A DNA stretch of 64,000 bases from positions 15,568,770 to 15,632,769 of the forward strand of contig CM119271.1 in the NCBI GenBank assembly GCA_051294375.1, read 5' to 3'. Below, one piece after another: positions 23,711-36,978 of this stretch. The stretch is from Paraspadella gotoi. Lineage: Eukaryota; Animalia; Chaetognatha. How positions within the stretch are numbered: the stretch's first letter is position 1; each line of letters begins with the position of its first letter. The notes beneath the pieces were generated by a model. It saw nothing but the letters and a program-made list of their open reading frames with translations, made no database searches and had not been told where the DNA came from. A program made the position numbers and the translations under genes.

Positions 23711-25245
23711 CTAAGAGCGTCCGACGAAACCGAGCCTCTGGTCGGTCTTGGGATCGGCCGTGTGGATCTGGACGGCAACGATGATCTCGTTGATTCTCGT
23801 CTGAAGATCTCGGAGATCCCGGATGTAAAGGAGACGAAGGATTCGAGAGGCTTCGTTGAGGATGTAATCGCCCGTGTCGAAGCCCAAGTCGGAAGTCTCG
23901 AAGGGGAAGGCGGAACCGGAAGTCGCCGCCACGGTGGATCCGGTTATCTTTTTTCTGAAGTGAATAGGATGAAGATTATGTTTGTTTTATTGATTAAATA
24001 GTATATTGTAAAAAGAGTGATCTGGTTTGTTAGACATATTTTTTCTCAATTTAAGTTTATCTGTTTTATACAGTTTATAAAAAAAATAAAGAAAGAAAAG
24101 AGCAGTACAACTTAAAAGATGAAAGTATTCTAACCAGCACTTTTCCCCAAGGCCCAAACAGCGTAAACCCTTCACCCTTTACAAGGCTCATTAAGGTGGA
24201 CGGTTAACTCCCCACTAAGTCCCTTTCTCCTCTTCCCCCTAAAAACTAAATGCCCCCCGCTTCCTGACCTGGATGCGGGCGGTGCCGCCGCCGCCGCCTC
24301 AACCATGTTTCCTTCTTTAGGCAACAAAACGTCTTTGGACAATTTCGACTTGACGAGTTTAGCGATGGCCGTCACCAGGACGAGTTGATCGTCGTGAAGA
24401 GGAACTTCCAAAGTTTGAGCGATGGAGATCAAGCCCTTTCTGATTCGTGATGGTCATCCATGAGTGATTATCTTCTGACTGACTGTCTCATCAATCTGAC
24501 TCTGTCTCAATCTAACCTGAAATCTTCCGTGTCAGGGTCGAGATTGTCGAGGGGATTCCCCGTGTTGAGGAGCGGCTTCTCCTTCGCCGCCGCCTTCGCT
24601 TCGGCCGGCGTCACCGACTTGAATTTGTCGGCGTCGTCGCCGAACTCGAGACGGAGGGCGTAACCGAGAAGAGCATCCACCACCTGGCGGGGAAAGAAGA
24701 TATATAATAATAATAATAAAAAGAATAATTAAACGGAAACGGCGCTGTTTTCATGAAAATGTCATTTGCATATTGCAGCTGGATAAACCCTCTAAAATAA
24801 GTTTGATGTTATCAAAAGTTTGGTTTTTTTTTTAAGTTTTTTTCTCGATTTGTAAATGGAACAAGGGCAATCGGAATTTTCAGAAAAAATATGTAGAAGT
24901 AAATTAACTCTCAAATTGTAATGCTCACAAAAAATGGCTCTCCGTGAAGGCCACTTGTTGAAACAAGTCACGTTCTCTCTCTCTCTCTCACTTTCTCTTC
25001 TTCACCTGCGTTCTCTTAAGCTCTTGCCAATCATTAGGAAACCCGACGTCCTTCCAATATCGATCGAAGGCCGCCTCCCAATCTGTGTTGTCCATGTCCC
25101 TGAGTTGAGCGCGATCTTCGATCTTGTAATGACGGATCTTTTGATCCTCCGTCCAAATGACGAGAGCGCGGAAGTCGTCTTCTTTGGAGACGTCGATCGA
25201 GTCCGCGCGATAATAATCCAGCGCCAACAGTTTTCGTCGAAACAT
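23711..25245 (-). CDS. RTRAF: RNA transcription, translation and transport factor (C14orf166/CGI-99; tRNA ligase complex)
   Basis: MFRRKLLALDY...FRALVIWTEDQKIRHYKIEDR; C-terminal LGFDTGD.ILNEASRILRLLYIRDLRDLQTRINEIIVAVQIHTADPKTDQRLG.VGR. Confidence 0.95.
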
Positions 25246-25426
25246 CGTTTACTTTTTTTTTAGAAATTTTCGCTCCAGAAATATTTTGTTTCTTTTTGAA
25301 TAAAGTCAAAAAAACAAACAACTCACAAAATGTGGGACGCTTTGAAAACAATTTTAATTAAATAAGGCGAATAATGGAGAATGTCTCATTGACTCCAGTT
25401 TCAAGTCTCCTCCTCTCGTCTTATCT

Positions 25427-26436
25427 TCAACCGACACTGGAAATCAACGGCGACGCAACCGCCCCCTCCACGGCGCCGGATTCCAAGCTCGACACCGGGA
25501 CGCCCTCGTCAGAGGCGCCGCATCCCAGCCGCCGCGGCGCCCGCTTCTCATTAGTTTCCAGAGCGAAATCTTTGATTCGGTTCTGAATGACGCGCTCCGC
25601 AGTAGGGAACAGCAGAGCCGCGTCGTCGTAGAAGCTGGATATCGAAGGAAGAAATGGAAGTTTAGCGGAAAAAAATGTTATAAAGTAATGCTATATAGCA
25701 AAGTTATATGCAACAATGGCAATTGGCGAACCTCTGGTCTTTATATCTGCGACACATGAGCGCCATCTTTCTCGCGTAGAGAATTGCGTCGACGACTTCG
25801 TCGTATTTGACCGAACAAAGGCCAACCGTTTTTCGGGGGAGATTTCGTCCTGGGGAAGGACGGAAGGGGCGGTGGAGAGGTTGGGGGGAATTTGGGGGGG
25901 GGGGAGTGAATAAGCCAGAGGCATTAAGAACGAATAGATGATTTTTATTAATAATATAGTTTTGAAATACTATAATAAAACAATACTATCGAGCTAAAGG
26001 TTAACGTGTTGGCGCTTTCCAGGATTCAATCATTTCACGCCTCGCTTTTTCACGCGTCCGTAGTGACTCTCGTACCGGTAAATTGGGAAACGAATTGGCT
26101 GAGCAACCGAACGTTCTTGTAATCGATGGGAATTCGGTTCTCGCAAATGACGCATTTGGGCGGAGGTTCCACGTAAGGGTCCTCCATCTCGAAGGAGGGC
26201 GCGTCGAGGTCCGTCCGCAGCGAAGGGTGATCCCCGCACGCCTCCAACGAGTCCTGTACCTTCAACTCCGGAATGAGTTTCGGGGAAAAGTCGGGAAAGG
26301 TCGGGAGGACGATTCGGTGCAGCGCCGGGGTGAGGCGGTAGTGTCGGGAGTGAAGTTGGAGAGAGTGGAGGAGCGAATTGGAGTCGCAGAAGAGTTTAGC
26401 GGAGGAGAGACGAGAGAGAATCAACGTTCGAGACAT
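25427..26436 (-). CDS. MRPS18C: Mitochondrial ribosomal protein S18C-like (3 exons)
   Basis: [38 protein letters not shown], then exon 2 [31 protein letters not shown]...YKD; exon 3 at ~25427-25635. Confidence 0.85.
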
Positions 26437-27208
26437 TTTATATTAGTTTTACTTTGAGCCTCTTAAAACTGAACAACTGGATAAGTCAATTAAGAAAAAT
26501 AAATATTTAATAATAACTATTGAATAAAGATAGAGGAAAAAATTTAACAACCTCGTCTGTATAGATAGAACAGGAGTCGAGAAGGTATGATCGAAATGCC
26601 AATTGATTGATTGATATTTTGTTGCTGTTTCTGTCCAATTCGTGCTGTTTCCTACCATTTCATGTTCATTTTAGCTCGATTCTAATTCTTATTCTAATTC
26701 TAGTCTAATTCTTATACTATATCGTATATGCAGATTTTGTTCCTGTCTCAAATTTAGCTCAATTACTATTGTATAGCATTCCAACTTGCAAAGTCAAGAC
26801 TCATGAACTTTTCCATTCTCTCGAATCGCCCATTTGTTTCTGATTCCCTGAGTCAGACTCAGACTCAGAGCATTCGAGACGAAGCGAAAGCCGGTTATCG
26901 CTTCCAATTTTCTCTCTAGATTTTTCCAGAAAATTCTTTCGACTCTGAACAGTGAACATAAAAGCTCCAGCTCGATCCGCGCATAAACTTTGACAAAAAA
27001 AAAACGCAACTTCATCTCGCGACTTCACGTTTCTTTGATTTTGCGAGAGAGATTTAAAACTTGAACATTTCAAAAGCGAACTGGTATTTTTTAATTCAAT
27101 AATAACCGAAGTAAAAGGGAGAATACCAACCTACATTATCGATTGGATAACTCAAAACATTTTTCTGCCAATTTCCTAACTTTAATATTAATCAAACACA
27201 TATAAAAA

Positions 27209-28109
27209 ATGGAATTTCCCGAACTGGGTTCGCAATGCTCGGACCCCGATTGTCGCCAACTCGACTTTCTGCCCATAAAATGCGACGCCTGCAAGAAAAC
27301 CTTCTGCGCGACGCACTACAAGTTCGCCGCTCACGACTGCAGACTCTCGCAACGAAGGAACAACGTCGTCCCGACTTGTGGTCTTTGCGGCGCCGTAGTG
27401 CTGGCCGCCGGCGCCGCCTCAGCAGAGGAAGCGATGGCGTCGCACCTCGAAAAAAATTGTAAACCTTACAAGAAAACTAGGATCTACACCAACAGGTTTG
27501 ACAAAAAAAGAGCGACGGGTCATATAACAAGGCGTGGAACGGAACGGTTCTCAATTGATTAGTGATTACATGTCACGATGGCGCTTAATTTATTAAAAGA
27601 AAATAATTTCAACAATTTCAACAGATGCAACGCTCGCGCCTGCAAGAGAAAAGGACTCGTTGGCTTTCAGTGTGACGAATGCGGACTCTCGTTTTGCGTC
27701 GGCCATCGCCACGCGCTAGACCACGCCTGCGGGGGAAAAAGAACGCCGAGGGAGGCCGCCGCCGCCGCCGCTATCGAGAGAGCGGAGGGAAATGCCGCGG
27801 CGGAGCCAGAATTCAGCCTCGCCGCCGCCCTTGGGTCGTGTCGCGTCGCCGCAAAGGAAGGAGCGGGAAAAGAAAGGTAAGAGGATTTTATGGCGGCGGA
27901 AATGGAAGAGTTTGTCCTTCCCTCGCTCACATCTGTCACCGACCACGCCCTCCCAACCCCACAGCCTCAACCAGAAGGAACTGGAGTCACTCTTAACCAA
28001 CGTGAATGGAGAAATGAGCGAAGACGCGGCGTTGGCTAAAGCATTGGCAGAATCAGAAGCCGAAGCCAAGAGACACGAGCCGCGGCTGGTGGAGCCCACG
28101 AGCGCCTGA
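27209..28109 (+). CDS. ZFAND2: AN1-type zinc finger protein 2 (AIRAP/AIRAPL-like)
   Basis: MEFPELGSQCS...CRQLDFLPIKCDAC...FC..H; second AN1 finger (FQCDECGLSFCVGHRHALDHAC); C-terminal UIM-like SEDAALAKALAESE. Confidence 0.92.
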
Positions 28110-29534
28110 ATGTCGACGCGGGATTCTCTAACTTTTATTTGATTCAAGTCTCGAACGAGACTCTTGGTCGGAACAAATTAAATTATGTATTATGTAGTTT
28201 TTTTTTTTTAGTTTCTATTATGTATAAAAGTGATTGTTTGTCATTGACCTCACACTATTGTTATTTAAGTGCTTAATTGCAAATAAAAATGCTGAAAAGG
28301 TACAATTTTGTCGTCGTTGTTACTTGTCAAATGTAGAGAATGTCCGAGAGATGGCCGTTGATGAGAATTAATATTGGATAAAATTCAAAAATACTTTGTC
28401 GCTTAACACGAAAAACGATTGAGTCAGTTTCTTTTGTTTTTATTCTTTTTGTGCTTTCATCCATTTTTGGCGATTTATTCATCTGAAGGGAGAACAGAAA
28501 AAAAATTGGGGATTTCGATTTTTATCGTGACGAGTCCCTCGATCGAATCTCGCGCGGACCAACGACAGTAGAATTTGTACAACTCATTTTGTTTGATATT
28601 AATGACAAGTGAAAAAACTGGTACATAATCGAGACCCGTGCAAAAAAAGTTAAGGGAACCACATTGATTTTTTTTGGAAAATAAAAAATTAAAATTCATT
28701 TTTCCGAAACGACATTCGAAATTGTTTAAAAATATTAGTCGATTTCAAAGGATGGCGAATATTTCATTGGGAGGAAATTGTTAATGATTTTTGTTCACAG
28801 TTAATACGCATTATTGCATAGGATAGCCGCGCTTCGAGTCAAAATATTAATTTATAAGCGATGATTTTGTAAACATATACCAGAAATAGCGGTCGGTACT
28901 GAGTACCGACCACAGACGCTCATGCAAGTCGCTCTAATGTCGTTTGATTTTGTGTCGAAAAAAAAATAAAGATAAAAATACAATTCCAGTACAAAACATA
29001 TATATTTATATAAACTATAATCTAACTTCTCCACACCTGAAAATATCGGTCGAATAAAAAGGGACTAGTTAAAGTTGCAATAACTACTGTAGTCTTCCCA
29101 CCACCCGCGCCTCCTATGTTTAATAATTCACACCCAGTCTACGCTAAAAATATAAAACATACTCAGCCGGCTGAATACATTTTTATTCGCTATCATTTAA
29201 ATTACGCGGAAAGAAACGGGAAACAAAAAGTAATTGGAGAAAAAACCTAGGCACGTCGTGAGGATATTGAGAACCGAAATCGGAACAGCTAAGACAACAA
29301 TGCGTTTATCGTTTCGACTATTGAAGGAAAGGTAACTAAACTTCTACGAAACGGGTTCAAATACCAAGGAACGCGAGAATTACTTAAAACAACGCTTTAT
29401 CCTGCTTTCGTCCTCACTGGATCTCATTAAACTAGAAATAGTAACAATATTCCTTTTTTTCTTTTCTCCCCTCCTTCTTACCGTCCTATCCCTGGCTCCC
29501 CTTCTACCTAATATTCCCCCCACTCCCATATAAA

Positions 29535-32500
29535 CTATCCCCCTTTCTTCTCCGTTCCGTTGACGCTCCCCCACGCCCTGATTGAGATTTCGTTGAGAAT
29601 GACCCAATTGTTCGCGGGCGTCAGAGTCCGCAGCCGCAGACGCCCGATGGGGCCGATGGCGGCGGCGGCGCTGGCGTTGAGCGACAGCGCCGCGACGCCG
29701 GTGGCGTGAGAGAACCTCGTCAGCTCCAGGTAGCCGCCCTCGGTACGCGGATATCCGCCTGGCTCGCGGTTGGGCAGGTTGTCCAGTACGGCGCCTTCCT
29801 TGGCCTGATGAGCGAGTGGAAGGACCTCGACGGTAGTGTTGAAGAACTTGTCGCCGGGATGCTCCACGTTGCCGGATTTAAAGAGAAAAGACTTGAGGCG
29901 AATGGGAGGAGAAAATTTAAAGAGGACAAAGTCGTTCTGTTTGGGCGTGAGACCCCAGAAGAAGGTCTCGCCCTTGTAGGCCCGCTCGAGGAGATATTTT
30001 TGGTAGATGCTCAAGGTAGTGGAGACCTCGGCCGGGGCGTTGTCGGGGTGGGGGCGGTGGAGTTGCGACTTGCCAAAGTCTTTGTCCTTTAGCTTTTGGA
30101 CCTGGGAAGGATATACAACGGGAGTGGTCAAATCATTACTCGTTACATTAGAAAAATGCGAGACTTGTGAGAGAAACATGAATCAAGGGATTGTTCAAAC
30201 AAAGCATCCCCAATCTCCCTTCAAGCTCGTCTCAATGGCTGAGACAGTGATGAGTTCAAACCCCTCACGGTCAAGCTGGTTAAAGTGAAATATAAACAGG
30301 CCAGTGATAGGGGGACGTCAGTTAAGGTCCAAAGCCCTGAGCCTTAGCACGCTATCGGTATGGGTCACACCTTGGCCATCACTTACCCCCACCCTTGCCC
30401 TCCGAAGTCCTCACCTTCCCTTTCAAAGAGGAATGCGTGCCGACGTGCTGAAAGAGCGAGGGTTTGAACCGGATCCGGACGGACTCCTTCTGGCGCTGGC
30501 AGTGCTTGGCGTCCTTGTCCATGTTGCAGACTTTGACGAAGACGAAGTGGTCGAGCAGCCAGTCGATGGGTTTGTCCTTGTAGAACATGAGGATGAATTC
30601 GACGAGGGACGACACCTCCGCCGTCTTGAACAGTTTTCCGATGAAGCCCAGATGAGAAAATTCCAGGAGAATCCATTCGTCTGTCTTTTGATTCAAAGCG
30701 AAAGTTTTCATCGCAGAGAGGAAACCTAAAAAGATGAAGGGGACGGACGTGTCTTTGATTGGGGGGGAAAAAAAACTGTGTTTGACTTTGATAACATTTG
30801 CATATCGTAGTATTCGTTATTTAAAAAAAAACGATATCTTTTTACGGATGTATCCGCTAAAAACTAAAGTTTCGATCAGATTTAGAAACAACTTAAAGCG
30901 ACATGAGGGTTTTAAATTTAAAGTTGCCTTGAGGGGTATTGAAGGCGTGAAGAAATAGAGGGAAAATAATGGTATGAAATATGAAATACGAAGAGTAGAA
31001 ACGAGAGAATGTATCGCTAGATAAAATATACTGAGGGGCAGGAGGAGGGAAGAAGAAGAAGAAGAGGAGATATGGACGGCAGGCTAAATCCTCCTCTGGT
31101 TGCATTTTTTCGGAGAATCATTTTTTTAAGCAGATGATGAGCTAAACACAATTTTAATCCCAGAACCGAAAGTCAGAAGTTAAAATTTAAAAATACAATG
31201 GATGAATGATGAATCATAAAATAATATAATATATTCTGCCACTACATAATGCATATTTCTGTCAGCGAATTATCCTCGACTCCTTATCACTTCTTCGCAG
31301 CTTCAAAATTAATTGCTTAACACTAATGTGGATGATTCAAAATAATAATTTTTTTATTTGACTCTCCCATTTTCCCTAGACCTGGTTTGGCGATGACGTC
31401 GTCCTCCATCTGACAGTAATACCGTCCCCGCGATTGCGCGTACATCATGAGATAACTAAAGTCCACGTTTTGCTTCGTTCGCCATTTTGATCGAAGCTTG
31501 GAATCGCCCAGCGTCTCCTTCAAACATTTAAATATTAGTATAATATCATATCGAAATTCGTTCGTTCCTCTCTCATTACCTTTATCGCGTCTAGGTCAGG
31601 ATAGAAAGCGGGATGAGGCCCGATGACTTCTAGCAGACCCGAGTGCAAGTGTTCCCGGAAATGAACCCGAATGTCATCATGGACCTTCTTGACATAAGGG
31701 ATGTCATAGGGCTCGGCCACCATGATTATGATGAGGGCCTCCGGCCGCTCGTCCTCCGAGAGTCCGTCGATCAAGGACCGGATCGTCTCTGGGTCGGGAA
31801 GCGAAGCGACTAATATGTTACTTTTTGATCGGTCGGTCTGTCCCCAGTATAGAATTATAAACACTTACATATTACATAAGGAAATATTTGTACTTGTTAA
31901 ACATATTTTTAGTAATTGGGGACCAAAAACCGCCATCCTTAAATCTCATAATTTATCTCAACTTTACCTGTCAAATAATTCTGGACGGGCCGCTTGATGG
32001 TCGGCACTCCGAAAACGACGGAGACGCCCGAGCGACCCGCCGAGGCCTTGAAGGCGGGGACGAGGCTTTCCGCCTTCCCAGTCAAGTGGGGCATGTGGTT
32101 GTAGACGGAGGGCAGCTGCAGTTCCGTGTTGTGGGTGATGTTCTGGAGGAAAAGCTTGAGCTCCGGGTCGAACTTGATGTAATTCTGCGACTGAGCGGCG
32201 CCGAGGGAGGACGCGCCTCTCTCTTCGGAATCATTGACCGCCAGATCGAGAAGGCGGTTGAGCGAAGTCAGGTTGGTCGTGTTGGGGGCGTGGTGGCAAC
32301 GGTTTTGCGAAGCCTGACAAGAGTTTTTTTGGAGTGGAAGGAAAGTGATTTGACAAACGACGACAGATTATCATCTGCAATGAGAAACTTCCAGGAACTC
32401 AAATATCAAAAGCAACTTATCTATTGAATTAAATTAGGTATATCATCTACGATTCTACATAGTATGGACCTATCGAGGGACTTCAAATAATTATTGAATA

Positions 32501-34731
32501 TTTAAATATTTGTAACCGTCTCCAACGTCAACACCTTTATCCTAACCTCTGTCACTGCTTCGTCGATTAATTTAATACTTTGCCTTCAATTACTACTAAA
32601 TACTTAATAACTTATTACTACTTATATTATTTTATTATTATATTATATTAGGTATCATTCCATTACATAAACTAAATTAATTTCGCACCTGTAACGCCTT
32701 GATTAGAAGACCAAATCGGTGATGCAGCGTCTGCAGCTCCGACTTTCTCTCCCGGTCGAGATTCTCTGCGTAGGCCAGACGATCCTTCAATTCTGTCAGC
32801 CGGAGATCGCGAACGGCCGAACCTGAGATTTGGAATAAAATTAGGAATGGCTTAAAAATTTTGAGGGAAATTAAGAACCGAGAATTAGAAGACAAACACA
32901 ACAACTAACCAAAAACAACATCAAATATGACGTTCAGTACTATAATATGTAAATGAGATTTAGAGACAGTTCAATTTAAAAAAAAAATTCATCTTATGGT
33001 GGACTAAAATCCACCAACCGTTCATCAGCGGCCATTGGTGCCGGAGGCAAGTCATTCGCCTCCCAACCCGGTGGTCGCCTAGCAGTTAAGAGGGACTGGG
33101 TGCTTAACCCGCCTATAACACAGCCTGATCCGAAGCTCAGGGACTGCTTACATTGAACGGTTCTGTCACTAACACAACAATTATCACTGTTTCTTCAATC
33201 TCTAACAAAAACAACAAACGTAAACACCTGTTAAAACAGCAATATATATCACGAAATATGAGAATTAAAGTTCACATGTGTAAATGAGATTTTGCGACTC
33301 AATCCTATTTAGAATAACATTAAGAAACTATGCCACAAAAACTAATAACCAACAATATTCTTTGACCAACTGTAGTAAACAAAATGCCATATAAACAATA
33401 AGGCGTAGTGAAAGTTACATACGAAAATTCCTAAAAGTCAATTATGAACAACATACCATCAATGAACATTAATTTGTAAAAAAAATTAATTTTATGCTTT
33501 TTAATTTTCGCAGTAGGCTATATTTATATATAATACTATCCTTATAAAATCAAAAAATTTCAAAATAGGCTTTTCTTAATTTTGATTGCAGATTTGAATT
33601 CCTCGTCAAAAGTTGATAAAGAAAATATAAATCATTTTTAAAATTCTTTCATTAAGTGGGCTCAAAAATTAAAAAACTATATTTAATAATAAAAGTTAAT
33701 TTTCAGCTTAAAATACAGCATTTTCTAATTTTTGACCACTTAATGAAGGAATTTTCAAAAAGAGTTATATTTCTTTTTATCAACTTTTTATGACGAATCC
33801 AAATCTGCAAAAAAATCTTTAAAAAAACTGTTTTGAAATTTTAACATTTATTGGTTTAGAACTAGTATAAAAATGGCCTACTGCGTAATTGTAAAATTTA
33901 TTATGAATTTTTTTATTATATAAATGTTTATTAGTATAATATCGTTCGTTCCTCACTTGTAAAATTTTAATTAAAGTTAAATTTTGAAATTTTACTACGC
34001 CTTAATAAACAAGTTTGAGCAAACAATGCCGGATCTGCCCACGATAAGTAATTAATTAATATTAATTTTTTTATTCGTGTCAAAATCGTTTTCCACTTTG
34101 TCTCGCCTCTCATTCACAAAATCTCGATCACAAAATTAATTAATTACAAAGAATTAATTAATTACTTATTTATTAATAATTAATTAATGCAGCTTGAATT
34201 TACATTTAATATAAAAATAAAGAAAGCATAAACAAATAATGAAATAGATTGTTTATTTTTTCCATTTTAACTCATTCCAGTTGGACGATTCCATCGAAAC
34301 TGTATTCCCTGCTCAATCACACACTTTCCTACCCACATACATTTGAAGTCAATCGCCCTGTTCACTCATGAGTAATTGGCGTTCAAATAGTTACTTTTTT
34401 TTCATTTTAATTCATTTCCACTCGGACGATTCAATCAAATCACGAGTAATTGGTGTTTTTTGCTAAGGTGGGACGGACGGACGGACAGAAAGACATACTT
34501 TTTTTTGCATGTTCTGACATGATATAAGTGAATGCCCGACAAGACCGACAAAGTGAATTATAGAGCCGGAATCTGCTGTAAGCAGATCTGGCTAAAAAGA
34601 GAGGAAAAAAAAGGAAAACCTGAGTAAACTGTGGCGAGATCACTTTGACTGAAGAAAACCCAAAAGAATTGAATGATGACGAAACAGGAAATGACGAGGA
34701 CGACGTTCTTTTTGAATCTGAGGCACATCAT
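29535..34731 (-). CDS. MGAT4: Alpha-1,3-mannosyl-glycoprotein 4-beta-GlcNAc transferase (GT54)
   Basis: First exon (34619-34731) is a signal anchor, [27 protein letters not shown]. Also [86 protein letters not shown]. Confidence 0.93.
30930..31104 (-). mobile_element. Solo LTR of the TRIM-like element at 36981-38352
   Basis: TG...CA-bounded copy of the ~170-bp repeat (TTGAAGGCGTGAAGAAATAGAGGGAAAATAA...GGACGGCAGGCTAAATCCTCCTCT). Confidence 0.75.
33028..33175 (+). mobile_element. tRNA-derived SINE, copy 1
   Basis: A-box-like TGGTGCCGGAGG, CCTCCCAACCC, and body TAACCC.CCT...CAGCC.GATCCGAAG.TC.GGGAC shared with 51789-51970(-). Confidence 0.6.
33401..34002. mobile_element. Foldback MITE (~600 bp, near-palindromic) with TA flanks
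   Basis: Termini AGGCGTAGT/ACTACGCCT flanked by TA. Internal inverted blocks CGCAGTAGGC/GCCTACTGCG, TTGCAGATTTG.ATTC.TC.TCAAAAGTTGATAAA and its complement, TTCATTAAGTGG/CCACTTAATGAA. Confidence 0.8.
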
Positions 34732-34772
34732 TTCCCGATCACCAAGAGGTAGGGGGGGGAGAACCCCCCGTC

Positions 34773-34773
34773 T

Positions 34774-34817
<44 letters not shown>
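34773..34817. repeat. (GA)n microsatellite
   Basis: Direct observation. Confidence 0.95.
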
Positions 34818-34821
<4 letters not shown>

Positions 34822-35285
34822 CGACTAAAGTTTTATCAGGGACGACTAACTTCTCATCTCTCAGTCAAAGTTCGAAAGCAAATATTTTGGATTTCCCTGT
34901 GGCGAATCATCTTGCGAATCACTGTGTAGAAATTAAAAAAAATACATTCGTAATTTTCAAGATGAAGGAGTGAAAAAAAATTACCCCACTAAAAGCGGAA
35001 TAAACCGTAAAGTTTACTAAACCAGTATCTATGGGTAACTATTGGACATTGTAGTCTTTATTTTAGAGAGAACTCGATCGCGACATTCATGAGCGAGCGA
35101 GAAAATAAATACGGAATAAACCATAAAAAATTCACTGACAAAAATTAATTAATAACAATTAAAGATTTAAGTCAAGGTATCGATGATTTTATTGATTACA
35201 GCAAAATCTTCTTAAAATCTGGACACGAAGGAGAAAAAGGAGAGCATTTCTGAGAAATGCTCTTCACCTTCCTTCCTTCCTTCCT

Positions 35286-36209
35286 TCACTCCTCCCTTGC
35301 TCCGTTCTCCACCCATCCTATCTTCGCCAGCAAGCCCTCGCACATCCTCCTCAGTCTCGGCTCCGTCCGTCCAACCTTTCCGTCCGCGAAGACCAATTCC
35401 CGCTCGGCCAATCGCCTCGCGTCGAGGGCGCGTCCCGTCTGCGCCAAAAATGCCGCGAACCAGAGGCGCGCCTTGCTCGCCGCGATGGGATCGCCCATCT
35501 CCCGGGCCACGCGAAGTTGCGCTACGCTGACGCGGCCGGCGCGATGGGCGGCCGCTGCGTCGTAATCGCCGAGAGCGGAGAATCCGCCGCCGAGGGTGCA
35601 TAGCCGCGCCATGGCGACGTCGAGTTCGAGGCGAAGGCGAACCAGGCGCGCCAGGCGAAAGGAGAAATCGGCGCCGACGTGAGGGACCGAAGGCGAGGAG
35701 AGGAAGAGGAGGAGCCGGAGACGGGAAGACGAAGAAATAGAAAAATGTCGGCGAAGAGACGAAGCGGCGTTGGCGGCGAAGGACGGATAACGGCAGCAGA
35801 GAACGAACGCGGCAGCGCAGCGCGGAGAAAGAAGCGCGGAGATGCGGCGGACTCGTCGGTCGCTGCCGTCTTTGGTGACGAAGTCAGAGAACTTCTGCGT
35901 TCGATAATTCACGACCAATGTTAATCCGGGCGGAACATTCTCTTCGCCGACAATATCGGGCACCAACAAGTCTGACTGTTCGATCGCGAAGGCCACTCTG
36001 TCGGGCTGGACATCATCGAAACGGAGGTCGTCCGATTCCGCGTGGAAGTCGGTGGACGACGCCTCCACAGTCACGTCACTCCCGTGACTACATCTTTCGT
36101 CGAATCGCGAAAGTTTTTCAAAATCGAGTCGACGTCTTTTTCCGAATTCATCCGAATTTGAGAGGAAATCGACTCCGCGGTCGAGACGGCTCGAGTCAAC
36201 GAGGGTCAT
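35286..36209 (-). CDS. DUF4807 / F58A4.6-like conserved invertebrate protein, intronless
   Basis: C-terminal ELDVAMARLCTLGGGFSALGDY...AGRVSVAQLRVAREMGDPIAASKARLWFA...Q.G resembles the DUF4807 pattern as I recall it. Confidence 0.75.
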   Translation of the reverse strand: MTLVDSSRLDRGVDFLSNSDEFGKRRRLDFEKLSRFDERCSHGSDVTVEASSTDFHAESDDLRFDDVQPDRVAFAIEQSDLLVPDIVGEENVPPGLTLVVNYRTQKFSDFVTKDGSDRRVRRISALLSPRCAAAFVLCCRYPSFAANAASSLRRHFSISSSSRLRLLLFLSSPSVPHVGADFSFRLARLVRLRLELDVAMARLCTLGGGFSALGDYDAAAAHRAGRVSVAQLRVAREMGDPIAASKARLWFAAFLAQTGRALDARRLAERELVFADGKVGRTEPRLRRMCEGLLAKIGWVENGAREE

Positions 36210-36695
36210 TAGTTATTTTATTACACCAAAAACGATTATATTAATAAATATAGACAACTACAAAATAATCAGAAAAAAAGCTGCAATTTTTTCCCCTATA
36301 AAAAATGACGACGTAATGAAAACGTTTCTGGAAGAAACTGACAAAAAAGCGGCGGTATTCGTATATATACGCATCTTCTTCTTTCACCATTAATATAAAA
36401 TAGGAACATGAAACAAACTTTTAATTCTAAAAAATATAAAACGCGTTATTGGAGATTTGATAATAATACTTGAAGTGTGACTAGTTTTTTTTTTTGTTGT
36501 TGTTTTTTTTGTTTTTTTAAAGCGGGGACGACGACGACGACGACGACGACGACGGGTTTTATGGCTCGAAAGACCAAAAAACTGGAATGTGATGTGACGT
36601 GGCATCCATTTTCCGTTTGTGAGAATTGGTGAGATTTGAATATCGTTGAAGTCTGTCGTTCACCTCACTCTCTCTTTCATCCTCCTCCTCCTCCG

Positions 36696-36934
36696 TCACA
36701 TGATGATCTGCGGATCCCTGATGGACTCGGCGATGGATTTGTGCGGCAAGACTCTTCCTCCGTTGACGTAGATTTCGTCCTTGACGATGACGTCTTCGCC
36801 GAGGACGGCGTTGTTCTCCAGCCGCGCCCACTGACCAACCACGGAGTTCCAGCCCACGATGCAGGAGGAGACCCACGCGTGGGATTTGACCTGAAAAAGA
36901 AAACGATGGGTGGACTTGAAACGGATGGTTACAT

Positions 36935-36978
<44 letters not shown>

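Noticed and set aside
25374-25586. Plus-strand 70-aa ORF
   Set aside because: Antisense to the last MRPS18C exon.
30205-30380. tRNA gene (also 61272-61345)
   Set aside because: B-box-like GTTCAAACC/GTTCAATACC and a shared CTCGTCTCAA are present but no complete cloverleaf. Probably degenerate SINE heads, too weak to call.
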